A stretch of 64,000 nucleotides of DNA from Phoronis australis (taxonomy: Eukaryota > Animalia > Phoronida). Location of the stretch: positions 186,001 through 250,000 of the forward strand of contig NMRA01000148.1 in the NCBI GenBank assembly GCA_002633005.1. The letters are read 5' to 3'. The notes beneath the pieces were generated by a model that saw only the letters and a list, made by a program, of their open reading frames with translations, was not told the DNA's origin and did no database searches. The position numbers and the translations under genes were made by a program. Positions within the stretch are counted from its first letter, which is position 1. Each line of letters opens with the position of its first letter. Shown piece by piece: positions 38,301 to 49,700 of this stretch.

Positions 38301-40999
38301 AATAAATTTTTTTTGATTGAGGCAAAATTTCACCAATTGGGACGCAATATGGCCAACATGTGAAATTTCATTTTTTCATTTTATCATAAAAGATAAATAG
38401 TACCAAATGCATGCTATAAAGTAATTTTAAATGTCTATACCATAGTGTCCCTCTGGCAATGATTGTGACCAATTGTGGGCATTCATAACAGTATTAGAAG
38501 CATTTGAAAAAAGAAAAAAAAGCAATTTTGGCAATTGTTTTTGTCCGAAATGGGTTAGATTTTACCCTAGGTGCCTGATTGTCCTGAGTTTTCAAGGTAG
38601 TAACTGTTACAGCTCTTTCCAATTCTGCCATGGGCCTTCAGTTAATGTGCTACTCCATCACTGTCACGGGTAGTCATGGTCGTTTGGGCCTGAAAGTTGC
38701 CTGTGATTTAATATTAAAAACACCATGTTCCAAGCATTGCGCTAAATTTACTATTAAAGTGCTATGCCAAGAAGGATTCACTGAATAAAAATCTGTTAGA
38801 AACATGTTAGATTTTTATAGGTATAAATAAGTGAAAAGTGCCAGCCATTGTGAAGGGTGTATTTGTTACCAGCCATCACATTGTCTCGGTTTTGTAAATG
38901 AGCACAGAGGGGAACATCTTACTGACTTGTCTTTAGTCCAACATGTAAAATGGGTCTTGTTGTGTCTTGCTTTAGTTCAATTGTAGTATCACAAACCTGT
39001 AATCAAAATGTTTAACTTTGTCCCTTGCTAGATTCTGGAGTTCTAGTCTGCGGTGGAGACGACGGAGAAATCTACATGTACAATGTCAAGCAGTTCTTGA
39101 AGAAAAGTGAAAAGTCTCTCGTGCATATTTACGAACCCTCCCAGGTAGAAAATTCGCTTGCTTGGAAAAATTGAAATGCCAGCTTCAGTCAAACCATGCG
39201 TTGGGTTTTGTTGTTTGAATTTCCTGTCAGCATTTCCTATGAGTTTCATGATTTTCTGTCTGGATTTCCTGTGAGTTTCAAACCTCCTTCAACAAATTTA
39301 AAGCTTTGTGTGTTAATGAGGGATGGTTGACTAACCACAGATTATTCAAAGACTGCGAATGACAACTACAGACTGTCCACAAAGTAGTATATAGATGTTT
39401 GCGCCAGTTGCTGTTATTACCGTCCAATCTTCCCTCTGTTCTCTAAGATTTGTTCATGCAAACCTTCAGATGCTATACCTCGACATCAGCGAACATCGAG
39501 CTATAATCCTTGAGATGTTTTAATTTACATCAGCTCTGTGAATTGAAGTCCATATTGTAGTACATATTATTCATCCTTACAACAGCATTAATGGAGTGCT
39601 GTCTGAATAAATGTCTAAGGATAATGAAATTGTGCTGCATTGTTTATGCATTGATTAAACAAAGCTTGCACTGCTGCTCTCGAGGACTAAATGATTGTCA
39701 TTTTTGACAGATCTTGGATTGGCCGAACTGCAAACTGAGTGGGCCTGAAGAGAAGGATCTTGCTATCTCAGAAACGCTCCAGAAGAAAGATGTGAGTTGA
39801 CTACAGTCATGAACATGGGGATGGGACTTGTGTCTACTCAGAGTTATGGCAAACTGAAACTACTGGATGGGACAATGCAACAGTTTTGTGCAATACAAAA
39901 TGTTCAATTTCCTTTGAGCTGTTTGTAAAAATGGTTCTCAAAATTATGTGTGCGTAAGCATACAGACAGCAAGTCCCAAAAATGATTATTTTATGATTGT
40001 GTTCATGTAGAGATTAGTAATCCTGGGACCTCGGATTTTCATTGGCTAATTTCACTCTCATGTCTTGAATCCTTGTCAGTCCATGTTGACGTTATTTGGC
40101 TGAAACTCTATACGATAATCCTGAGGTCTGTTCAGTAGAGCTTGCACCCATATAAAGTGAGAGCTCACTATGGAATGAGAGCTTGCGCTGGCTTCGGAAA
40201 GCAAAGAGAGGTCCCTACATTCAATATAAAGCAAGCTTACGCCATTTTATAAAATTTCTTATTTCTGTATCAAATTTATGTCACTACTACCACCAACAAT
40301 CTTGTCATGAATATGGTGGTGTGCTTCCAAAGTGTACCACTTAGAATCATTGTTGTTACTCAAAGCAATCACCTTGAAACTCGTGTCACGTCTTAAACTG
40401 TCTTGGACTTCTAAGCAAACTAGCTATAGAGAGTGATTGCCAGCACTTGCTAAAAGTTTTTCATGAAATGAGCGCCTTCTTATTGATCATGTTTCTGGTC
40501 TACTCAAGTTCACAAACGTGTGCCTGGGATTTGTCCAAGAGCTTTAAGCCCAAGAACTTGGTTTCCAAACATAATGAAGATGGACGTTTTGCAATAAAGT
40601 CTGAAGTGTTCATTTTTGGCAGGTCAGATCTCTGGCTAATTGACCTCAAAGATAACTGGACAGCGTGCTTTTGTAGCTTATTGCTCTTGTGAAAATGTTC
40701 ACTTTATTCTGTGGATGTTACGGCAATCTCTTGTTAAAAAATTTCCAGAAAAGCATGTCTTACACATCTGCAATTATCATTGTCCTGATTTTGTGCACAT
40801 GATCAGTTGCTTTGCTCTGACACCAAGAATTTTTAAAATATTTGGTTTTATAGGTTAAAAACTTGAGTATTTTTTGTCTGTTATTTTTCAGTGTCTGATC
40901 ATCAATGGTCTCGGTCTGAATTGGAACCAAGAATACATGGTGGCAGGCACTGACAATAACTTGGTGTGTATCTGGAGGCGGGCTGACCATGGTGATTGA
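20309..40999 (+). CDS. LRWD1: Leucine-rich repeat and WD repeat-containing protein 1 (ORCA), about 656 aa
   Basis: 15 phase-consistent exons: 20309-20391, 23731-23956, 24664-24780, 26070-26225, 26851-27054, 28653-28874, 30121-30202, 30511-30639, 31123-31198, 31768-31908, 32971-33050, 33853-34005, 34924-35036, 35602-35682, 40892-40999 (1971 nt). N-terminal LRRs, FLRCHSKDND..VATCGG motif, WD40 repeats and terminal TDNNLVCIW resemble human LRWD1. Confidence 0.93.
21389..22195. mobile_element. Tc1/mariner(pogo)-like non-autonomous element
   Basis: TACCGT start; repeated CCT(G/A)AAGTCGTGA motifs, inverted as TCACGACTT(T/C)AGGG at about 21974 and 22173. Confidence 0.45.
22537..23544. mobile_element. 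hAT-like non-autonomous element, 5-bp TSD CAATA
   Basis: TIR CAGGGTTATAC/GTATATCCCTG; CAATA on both flanks. Confidence 0.7.
23731..23956 (+). CDS. LRWD1: LRWD1 LRR exon
   Basis: LTSLQTLDLSGNQLSVLP...FPALEELYMENN LRR consensus. Confidence 0.92.
24664..24780 (+). CDS. LRWD1: LRWD1 exon (LRR cap)
   Basis: AADKLIAVSLCPKLQSINK...; cag/gtatgt sites. Confidence 0.85.
26070..26225 (+). CDS. LRWD1: LRWD1 exon
   Basis: ILKIWDGKYTETFKQG...KYRDFL; cag/gtgagg sites. Confidence 0.8.
26851..27054 (+). CDS. LRWD1: LRWD1 basic/acidic linker exon
   Basis: KKRASPVNPSPAKKLK NLS-like linker; cag/gtgagt sites. Confidence 0.8.
28653..28874 (+). CDS. LRWD1: LRWD1 exon (start of WD40 domain)
   Basis: EPFLFLRCHSKDNDPGDCDTKVWRAEFEP...VATCGGDCLCLIDCNTGK. 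Confidence 0.95.
29798..30015. repeat. Degenerate tandem repeat of about 44 bp
   Basis: Recurrent TGTTGAGATGT(G/A)GCCAA.GTTAAGCT. Confidence 0.8.
30121..30202 (+). CDS. LRWD1: LRWD1 WD40 exon
   Basis: QFYVVAWTTV...ILATAG. Confidence 0.85.
30511..30639 (+). CDS. LRWD1: LRWD1 WD40 exon
   Basis: ETGTIYLIHP...GHSKEVASLMFHPQEKTLLF. Confidence 0.9.
31123..31198 (+). CDS. LRWD1: LRWD1 WD40 exon
   Basis: GASDRQIILWDIDTPSFPDY. Confidence 0.9.
31768..31908 (+). CDS. LRWD1: LRWD1 WD40 exon
   Basis: ...CLLAGCSGGCFAWNL... Confidence 0.88.
32720..32855 (-). mobile_element. tRNA-derived SINE head
   Basis: Minus strand GGCAGTGTGGCCTGGTTGATAAG...GGGTTCAAGTCCCACCGGGTCAC (A and B boxes). Confidence 0.55.
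32971..33050 (+). CDS. LRWD1: LRWD1 WD40 exon
   Basis: PDCEVVLSDKSRVVDGLIQITDDIV. Confidence 0.85.
33512..33596. repeat. Near-perfect palindrome of about 85 bp (perfect arms in copy 2, 37625-37709)
   Basis: CTGAGGTTGGCCAATAGTGAAATATATCAAATAAACACAGAA-A-TTCTGTGTTTATTTGATATATTTCACTATT(A/G)GCCAACCTCAG. Confidence 0.9.
33853..34005 (+). CDS. LRWD1: LRWD1 WD40 exon (copy 1)
   Basis: ASKVIEEGTILLWS...RLLWKQTEEIYLNL. Confidence 0.85.
34924..35036 (+). CDS. LRWD1: LRWD1 WD40 exon (copy 1)
   Basis: SGVLVCGGDDGEIYMYNVKQFL...EPSQ. Confidence 0.85.
35602..35682 (+). CDS. LRWD1: LRWD1 exon (copy 1)
   Basis: ILDWPNCKLSGPEEKDLAISETLQKKD. Confidence 0.82.
36722..36824 (+). mobile_element. Helentron-associated (HINE/DINE-1-like) element 5' end, running into the gap
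   Basis: TTTTTATACGCCC, then hairpin CCACATAT..ATATGTGG, then (CGTC)n-like microsatellite; site is empty in duplicate copy 2 (about 40830). Confidence 0.6.
36825..37620. other. Assembly gap
   Basis: N run. Confidence 1.
37950..38102 (+). CDS. LRWD1: LRWD1 WD40 exon (copy 2 of 33853-34005)
   Basis: Near-identical duplicate after N gap. Confidence 0.75.
39032..39144 (+). CDS. LRWD1: LRWD1 WD40 exon (copy 2 of 34924-35036)
   Basis: Near-identical duplicate, one Ile>Leu change. Confidence 0.75.
39711..39791 (+). CDS. LRWD1: LRWD1 exon (copy 2 of 35602-35682)
   Basis: Near-identical duplicate, synonymous changes. Confidence 0.75.
40892..40999 (+). CDS. LRWD1: LRWD1 last coding exon
   Basis: CLIINGLGLNWNQEYMVAGTDNNLVCIWRRADHGD*; ttttcag acceptor. 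Confidence 0.88.
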   Translation, partial: CLIINGLGLNWNQEYMVAGTDNNLVCIWRRADHGD

Positions 41000-42800
41000 C
41001 AGCTGTCAGTGGGAGGGGCTAGCAGTGGAGTCTGGTGCAGTGCTCATGATGTGATGCAAGCTGGTAAAGAGGTGTACCTTAGGTGGTTAAAATCTGTTGT
41101 GTCACTCTGCGATATTGTTTCCCTCCTTATCCCATTTTGTCAGGTGTATTACTGTTGGAAACTGATGATTCACAATGCAACTGAGGGATCATTCACAAAT
41201 ATCGCCATTTTCATGGGTCTACAAAATGTATGGTTTTCCTAAAACTCAGAAAGTGATGTAGAACAAAAAATATTGATACTTTTGTAAACTAGTATTTATT
41301 GAAATAACCTGGATGTATGTGGTAAACCTTAATGCTTGTTTTTGTCTGTAAGATAAGATAAAATAGTTAACGATTCTGGATACACTAATGTCTTAAAAAA
41401 GTAAAAAAACAAGGCATTGAAATAAGTCTTTTCGCGTTGGCCATTAATGACATCAGAAGCAAGCTCTACCCTGTCCCACTCTTTTCCTTTGTAAAGCATA
41501 CGTTTTGTATTCTTGGAGGACATGGCAACAATTGTGGATGGTTTCTTATATGAATTGAACTGGTAAAACAAGGTGAACAGATTTTACACTTTTGAATTTA
41601 AGGTTCTACTCTATGGAATTAGTGCGGTGTGTCAGATAATGGGATCTTCAATTTTTGTAGCAAATGTACGAGTTTTTTTTGTGCATTTTTTACCTGAAAG
41701 TAAAACTGTTGTAATGAAATATCAGGTTATGTCAACAATAATGTAAGCCAACTGTTTTGTTTGTTTTTGTTTTACTAATTATGAAGTAATTCTTTGAAAT
41801 TTTTAACAAAACCGAATCGTAAATGAAGCTGTTACCTGGTTTTACTGGAAGTGTTCTCTGTATTCATTTTAGCACCTTAACAGTCGTGGTGTTCCAGGGT
41901 TCATTTTACATTGGTTAAAACCAAGTTTCTGGGTAGATGTTCAAGTGTTGGGTACAGGACTGGTGTAAACTGTATCCCCTGCAGATGGACTGCTCAATTT
42001 CAAATTTTAGCTGTTGTTCGTTTTAAAGTGGCATTTGTAACTGTATAATAACTTAATAGATAATAAGTCTAATGCTCTAACTTGGCTGATTGTAAAAGGG
42101 AAAGTGAGTTTTGTCGATGTAGGTATGTTAACTTGTGGTTCACTGTACTGACTAGTTGTTTTATATTACACGTAACATGTCGATCAAAAAACACATTTAC
42201 CATTTGTATGAAATTTTGTCAAGGCATCAGTGTCCTGGTGCAAAATACATCAATTTGATCCATGTTTCATATGCAAGGGCTTTTTAAGATGGTAGCAAAC
42301 AAGTTTGACCTCCAGCTCACCGACACGAGTGGAAAATTTTTGTGCCATGATGAAGGTCTGAAAACAATTGTTTACATTTTGCTTGGGTGACCTATCAATA
42401 CAGTTTCAGTTGATAACTCGGCACTTCAACTTGTGTTTTTACCATTAAGATTTTTATTTCAGTGCTCTTTGTCACATCTGCAGTTTTAGCAAAAGCAGTA
42501 GAATTATTATCAAGTAAAAATTGTATACGACTTCCAATTTCCTACAAATTGGTAATGATTTACATTCTATTAAAAGAATATGCCTGTGTGTCATACTCAG
42601 AAACATAACCACATTGAGCCAGTGATAGTGGTTTAGGTCAGGCCACGTGGTAACATATAACGTAGCTTGAATAAGTGTAATTCACTGGCTTTTTCATGGG
42701 CATTTTCAGACCAGTGGTCACTCTGGGAATGATTTTGAGCTGTTGTGGTTCAGACTTGTACAAAACTATTTGTAATCTCAAAATGCTGGCACCTTTTTCA

Positions 42801-42806
42801 AATAAA
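42801..42806 (+). terminator. Candidate poly(A) signal for LRWD1
   Basis: AATAAA followed by U-rich sequence about 1.8 kb after the stop. Confidence 0.35.
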
Positions 42807-44456
42807 TACTTAAAATTTACTCATTGCATTTGTTTTGAAATTATTCTCAAAATTTAAATGTGGATGTCTTGATTGATTTAACAAACATTCAAGAAGACAT
42901 CACAGGTTGAAGAACACACTTTATTAAAGCAGCAAGTTTTTATAAGGTGTGTTGGCCTTGGTTAACAAATTAAAACTGAATAGAACCATCCCGGATTACA
43001 CAACGATACTCTAATCTTGCTGTATTTACTCCACTATGCTGTAAATGCCCGTCAGGCACATTTGCCACTGGTGTTTCACATGTTATTTGTTGTTGTTTGA
43101 TTCTTACAAGTGTTTCTCCACTGCATCACTTTATTTATCCAATGCCACTACTGTGCTGTGTACTGCATCTCCGATGTGAGAAAGTTTGATAAACTGGACA
43201 AAACCCATGGATGCATGATCTGAAATTCTTTGCCTTCCTGACATCAAGGAGAGGCACCAAAATGAGGTCACGCGCTTTCCTGTCTCTGGGACAAAGGACA
43301 GTTCTATCGCCATGTACTCTGGGACAGCCCTATTGCATGAAACTGTTTAAGATACTTTTTTGCCTACAAGCAATATCCACCAAGTCACAAGGGTCCCGAA
43401 GTTGGAGAACCAGTTTGATACCTGTTAGACAGTGTGGTTTTCAAAATCCAGGACCCTGTAGGCACTATTGCCTAATATTTCAACATAAAAGCAGACAAGC
43501 AATTGATAAAAGTGAGTGATTGTCCCTAGCAAAACTGCAACACTGACTGAAGCTCCAGCCATAATGTACAGGTAGTATACCTTTCCCAACATAACATAGT
43601 CCAGTCAAACTGCGTTATTACGATCCTGGCTGGCTATTATCTAGCCACAGAGTTGTACAAAAGGAACGGAGAAAATAAAGAACGAAATATTTTAGGTAAC
43701 ACAAATTCTTTGTTTTGTACAATTGAAAAAATAACATGGTTCGACTGAATTAGATATCCATTCTGCAAGACAATTTGTAAATCAAAGTAAATGATTTAGA
43801 TGGCATCAGAAGGTATTTAAGTTTCTGAGACATGGTTTCTGTTATGGCAGTACTCTCACTCCAATATTCATGTAATTCTATGAAATTCAATTTTTATGTG
43901 GGAAATGTTAGTAGCATATAAACACAAAATAGTGACATAGCTCAGTTGCACTAGTATCTTACACTAACCACTGTAGTAATACTGAAAATAGGTTCATGGC
44001 ACAAGAATCATAATTGCTCTGCACCTACTTTGTAAGCAGTGTTGACCGGTGAGGGAGCTTTCACATACTACATCATGCACTCTGCTACTTTTAACCCCTC
44101 CCCATCTAGCCCCCTATTACGTCATCAGAGCCAACCCTCCCCCGTTTAAGCAATGATGGAGTGGGTCTGTTGTTTATGTACATGTTTATGAGATAAGCCA
44201 AGTGAAACATTATCAAATCTTGGAAGTGGTGCGTCCTGGTTTTGGAGATTAATCAATTCCAAGTGAATGTGAGCCAGTTTCCCAATGATGTGTACTGCGA
44301 TGTAGATATTCTAATAAACTACGAGTCTAACCCCCCCTCCCCGTCACAAGTCATCAGCTTTTCCAAACCCCTGTCCTCTAGTGATGACGTAACATGTGAA
44401 TGCTACCTTACACTGAGAAGTTCTACCAATAAACTGTAGGTCCAACTTAGGTACTT

Positions 44457-44654
44457 CAGGGCTTGGAATTTTCCTCTTTTAACAGGGTTTTCTCTTTTTC
44501 AGTTTTGATTTCCTCTTATTTAATTTCTAGTTTCCTCTATTTTATCATTGACTTTACAACACAAAAAATATTTCCATCACACAAGACTATTTGTGCAATG
44601 ATACATCATCTGGAAAATTTTCCTCTTTTTTGTCATTAGTCATTCCAAGCCCTG
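44457..44654. mobile_element. hAT-like MITE, 6-bp TSD GTACTT
   Basis: TIR CAGGGCTTGGAAT/ATTCCAAGCCCTG; GTACTT on both flanks. Confidence 0.8.
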
Positions 44655-45894
44655 GTACTTGATACCAAAAGAGAATAGTCAGTATACCTTAGATAATGGA
44701 ATGTTAGCTTACACACCCCCAGAAGCTTCGAAAGATGTAATGATAAGTTTGTCTGTATGCTTGATGTGAAAGAAATACAATGTTACATACTTGGCACCTT
44801 ATCACCCAAAGCAAACATGTATCCTCTTGATAATGAAATCCACACTAGACAATGTTTTAGACATGCAGCTACAATGTATTCTGCTACATTACAGTTGGAT
44901 TCTGAAGATCTTTATAATACCACCAAGAACATTCATCTTCAAATTAGGCAGAAATGCAATATCTTGTGATACTCAAATGTTACATCCAAGACACAACCAC
45001 CCATGCCAATCACTACACTGCACTTTTATGAATGTCATTGTGATGAAAGTATTTCAACGTAAATTAATGGTGACCTCAGCAAAGCACTTATGAATATAGT
45101 ACAAAGATTGTTCTGCAGCAACATGGAATAAAATCATCCTATCCGTGGAATTTAGCAAAAATTCTTCACTTAAGGCCACAGCACGGTAGAAAAAAGACAA
45201 AAAAATTGTATCTTGATGCAATAGCCAAACAACATCTCTAAAAGTTTGACCATTTGCAGCAATGATGAAAGACACTGAAACACAGCAAAATGACAAGAAT
45301 AGCCACCACTTATGTCCCAGACTGAAGTATCTTTACCACTCATTGCAAAACGCACAATATGGCACAGCAAACGGATCAGTTACAACAACACTGCCACCTC
45401 TTGGATTACTTTGAACAAGAGGAATACAAATAGTTACTTCAAGACTTTCAAAAATAAATTGCGTTTTCTCTCCTTTCTTAATTCACCCCATTATGAATGA
45501 ACTGTTCCCCTTCACTTGTTCAGTAAGCCCCCTGGGGTGGAGAGGTCTTCCACACTCTCATTTCAATTCACTCGGTATTAAAAAGCTGTTATCTAATACC
45601 AAACGAATACGTAATTACTAAACATTGCCACCTGGTGACATCCCAGTAAACCACATATTGCGAATTTATGATCCAGGAGGAACGCATAACCTTCGTTTCA
45701 TGAAAATATGATACAAAAAGGGCTGATCAAGGCTTGAACAACGAAAATTTCATAAAACATTCAGTTTTCTGCAAAACTTAAAAATTCACTGTCAAAATTT
45801 TGAGGCTGATCCCGTACGTGTTTACATAATTTATGAACCAAGTTGTAAACAAACATTATTTAACGTATTTGGTGACTGAGCGAGACCTCCACCA

Positions 45895-45900
45895 TTTATT
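45895..45900 (-). terminator. Candidate poly(A) signal AATAAA for the C19orf53/DOK transcript
   Basis: First AATAAA downstream of the C19orf53 stop, 10 nt after the DOK stop. Confidence 0.55.
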
Positions 45901-45910
45901 ATCCAATATC

Positions 45911-46564
45911 TCAGTAAGAATGCTTCGTCAATTCTTCGGTGGCCGTAAACACACGCTTTTGAATCAGCTCTGCTTCATATGTGTTCAAGATGAACGTTCC
46001 CTCGCCTGTCTCACACGATCTACCACACTCGAAGGTGAATCTGGTGTTATCTCCGCCAAATCGCCTCAGCGATGTCAGCGGCCAACTTGCCACTTTCTTA
46101 GAGTTGAAGTCCTTCAGAATAATTTCAGCACTCGATACCTCCAGTTTGCTCTCCCCACTGTGATGGAGCAGACAATTCGGTACCAGAGACACGTGAAATA
46201 CGTTGTGTAGTCGTTTATCCCCGTGTAACGTACGTCCCTCATCTTGCCATCGTAGACGCCGTAACAACTGTACCCACTGACTAGCCTCCTCATTTGTCTC
46301 ACAGATGAAAGCTCTGTTCTCATTGCTCTTCAAACTAACAACAAATTTTTTAGTCGAGGAATCCATTGAGACATTTAACACATCTTTCATGGGTGTAATT
46401 TTACCATTCATCTGATAGGCTGCTGTTGTTTCATCCATGTACCTCTCTAAGCGGTTAGGTCCCCGGCTGCTCGCTTGACACAATACGAGCCAGTTTTTTT
46501 TCAGTCTTCCTAGTTTTTTAACAAAAACGCACCCTTCATTGAGGATGTCTGTAAAGTCAGCCAT
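45911..46564 (-). CDS. DOK4/5/6-like docking protein (PH + IRS-type PTB), intronless, 217 aa
   Basis: WLVLCQASSRGPNRLERY and WPLTSLRRFG..TRFTFECGRSCETGEGTF match DOK4-6 motifs (WLVFKKASSKGPKRLEKF; WPLSALRRYG..FTFEAGRMCETGEGLF). ATG at 46564 with in-frame upstream stops. Confidence 0.92.
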   Translation of the reverse strand: MADFTDILNEGCVFVKKLGRLKKNWLVLCQASSRGPNRLERYMDETTAAYQMNGKITPMKDVLNVSMDSSTKKFVVSLKSNENRAFICETNEEASQWVQLLRRLRWQDEGRTLHGDKRLHNVFHVSLVPNCLLHHSGESKLEVSSAEIILKDFNSKKVASWPLTSLRRFGGDNTRFTFECGRSCETGEGTFILNTYEAELIQKRVFTATEELTKHSY

Positions 46565-46606
46565 TCTCACTGTGAACGACACAGATTCTCAGTAAGTGGC
46601 AAAACT

Positions 46607-46720
46607 TTACTTCTTGTCCGAAGGTTGAGATTTGATTACACTGAAGGATTTAGCTTCCACGCCGCTGGCTATTGATGTCAGCTCTGACTCAATGTTGGTT
46701 TTGATGGCTCTCTCCAGGGA
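46607..46720 (-). CDS. C19orf53: C19orf53 exon 3 (coding part)
   Basis: ctttctcaactgcag acceptor; TAA at 46609-46607. Confidence 0.85.
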   Translation of the reverse strand, partial: SLERAIKTNIESELTSIASGVEAKSFSVIKSQPSDKK

Positions 46721-49700
46721 CTGCAGTTGAGAAAGGCAAGTGTTCTTAGTAGATGGCATGTCACAATTTGAAATAATGACTATCACATAATAGCAGGCTC
46801 AAAACAACCAACTTACAGGGTGCTTTATTTCACTGTACAGTAGCTTTATGAAAAAGAGCACCCACGACTGCACTGCAAATGGTGCGCTTCTGGAAGTGTA
46901 CTTGTATCATAACAAAATCGCAATTAGATGACACAGAATATATTGAACCGTTGTCTCTCAATATTATTTCCCAAATTTCATAAAAACCCATCAAAGAACT
47001 CCAAAGATACAAAGGCAAATTGCCATTGGGAACCATGGCAGTGGTCAAATCAGTCCATCTGCTGTCAAGTTAATAAGAATATAATTACAAAATTTCAAAA
47101 ACATCTTGCGAGGTGTTTAGAAGATACAACATTACTTTTGCATTACTTATCCTTCAGGGAAAAAGTTAAAAATTAAATTTCAATTGTCCGCCATAATTGT
47201 GTCGTCACTTGTTGAGATTTTACTGCAGTACCGTAGTGCATTATGTTATAGACAGGCTGATGAACACAATGCAATGTAAAAAATTAAAATTTCCTTTAGA
47301 AGGCACAGCAGTAGATCTATATATGTGGCCCATCTGATACATGATCAAGATCATGTGGCAGGTAGTATTACAAAAGTAGTCCTGCACTTTTCTCATCTGC
47401 ACACGTCATTGGGTTCGTAAAACATAGAACAGAATCAAACGGCATTCTGCCCCGCCACTGATTACGTCATAGCCCTGGTACGTAAATCATGGTTTTAACT
47501 GTGTTAAACCTTGATACTATGAATTAACATAAATCGTTAGTTGTGCAGTGTAAAATCTGTCACTAAAAGCAGCATAAATGGAAGTTGTCCACCTATTAAT
47601 CCAGATTATAACTTATCCAGTTATAGGTTTCATTCCATCACTATAGCTCACATTGAGACCTAAACTACCCTGCCAGAGAGTTACTACCGCGGTAGATAGA
47701 CTTACTACAATCAAGTGGTTATCATATTTTAAACCAATTGCTTCCATGTGAACTGTATGAAATCAATACATCTTACCTGTTTCACTTTATTGGCTTCAAC
47801 AAGCTTGGCCTTCTTTGGTACAATATGCCTCTCTGGAAAATATGTAAAACTTTGATATACAGGAGTACAGCGCACCGACAGTGAGTTATGTGTTCTTGCC
47901 TTCACCCGAGTGGCGACTGCACTGTGGACTGACTGAACTACACTACGGGGCAAAAGAAAACTTGCTAAATACCGTTTCCGAGTTAAGCAATCAATTCCAC
48001 CTTCAGATTTCATTCCACCGTACAAGCAGTAATACTGCCTACGAGTAAGTGTAGTGTCCAAGACCATCCAATCTATACCCATGCCCATGGCTCTTGGAAA
48101 TGGTCATCATTCATCAAGCCTTCAACTCAGTCAAGGCATGGCGTAGCCTTGGTACAAAACTGTATATAAATATACAGCTTTGCACCGATGTGGGTAAAAA
48201 AGTGGTAAGATAAATTCTGACACAAAATTAGGGTCATTAAAAACTAGTCTTCCTTGAATGAACTAAATTATTTAACAGTGTTGTAAAAAATGGCGTTCTA
48301 CCATTATTCTGCTGCTTAAGTTGTGGAGCGATCTTTAGCGACGGCTTTCGGCACCATGAAATATTGCGTCACCTATTATCCACTTTCTTTTTCACGAGGT
48401 TGCGTACATGTCACAACAAATTATCGGAACTGGTTTCAATTCATTATAAGTATTTAGAATTTTGATACCAAAAAAAACAAATTTAAGAAGAAATTTTGCT
48501 GCTGCCAAGCTATCATCATCTTCCGAATGATGCCGCAAAAATTTAGGAAATGGCGCGTGCGTGTGTCACGAGCGTACTGTTTTCAGTACGACGACATAAC
48601 ATTTATTTGTTACAAAAGGCGGAGGATTACGCAAGAAAATGACGTTTATTAGATTGTTTTCTACTTAAATGGCTGTAACGGGCAAGGTGAGTGTCGTTTG
48701 ATTCCCAGATTTTGCATGCACCCCGTCCGGTCCTTAGCTCTACTTGTTGATACAGGTTTCACGGCCAGTTGACGAGCACAACTACCCTGGCTATGTGCAA
48801 TTTCGGAATCTATGAAAGAAAAGCACACAGTGGTACCTAGCTGTATTTTGACGAAAGTCTTCATACAGCTAGCTGGCTGGCTAGGCATGGCGTAGGCAAT
48901 AACATCACCCTGGATGCCGCAGGCATAGAAGGGGCGATGGTACATCCCCACAAAAAGTTACGAATTTCAAAATACAGGAAATAAAATCAAATGAAACATG
49001 CATACATGCACATGGAGTTATAAAGAACTCATACCATAAGTCTGGAGATGATTCAATCAGAAAATTTGAACAAATCAATGAAAATCTGTTGCGGTTTGCT
49101 CAAGTTTCTCTTACCGGGTGCCATGTTGAGGAAGTTACGTGAAATCACGCATGTTGACGAATAAAAAGTTCAAGGGACACAAATCTTACAAATTTCATCT
49201 GATACCTTCTCATGCTATTTTGCAAGTGTCACGCGCTTCGCTCAGTCTCGCGCTAGCCTTTGCCTAACTCATGTGACTCAGTAGACATACTTTGTGGTTA
49301 TTGCGCACATGGTGAAAAAGTTAACAGCAACCATGAAGTGGAGTTGGAATTCTTCGCCAAAGTCACTTTAATTCTCAAAACTAAACTTCATCGAAGATAT
49401 GTCAGTATAGAAGTAGAAAGAACCAATGATGAAAGTTTACAAGCGCTTTTTTAAATGGTAGTTTTACGTGTGGAATGTATAAAATTTTTAACGAGGTGAA
49501 TACTCAAAATCGGTGGCCGGATTTGGCCTGTAGCCCGTTTAAAATACATGTAATGAAATGTGTACAGAAAGCAAATGGAAGTATTGTAGCCCCTAAATGG
49601 CCAACCGAGGGGCTACGTGTTGCCTAGCCTTTGCCTAACTCACATGACTCAGTTGACATACTTAGTGGTTATCGCGCGCATGATGAAAAAGTTAACGGTA

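Larger units (their letters stand above)
33508..40835. repeat. Near-identical tandem duplication (33508-36727 vs 37621-40835) containing three LRWD1 exons
   Basis: Direct identity; junction is the 796-N gap. Confidence 0.95.

Noticed and set aside
46565-46609. Stop-codon readthrough fusing C19orf53 and DOK (the ORFs are in the same frame)
   Set aside because: Two in-frame stops (TAA then TGA), and TAA-A is a poor readthrough context
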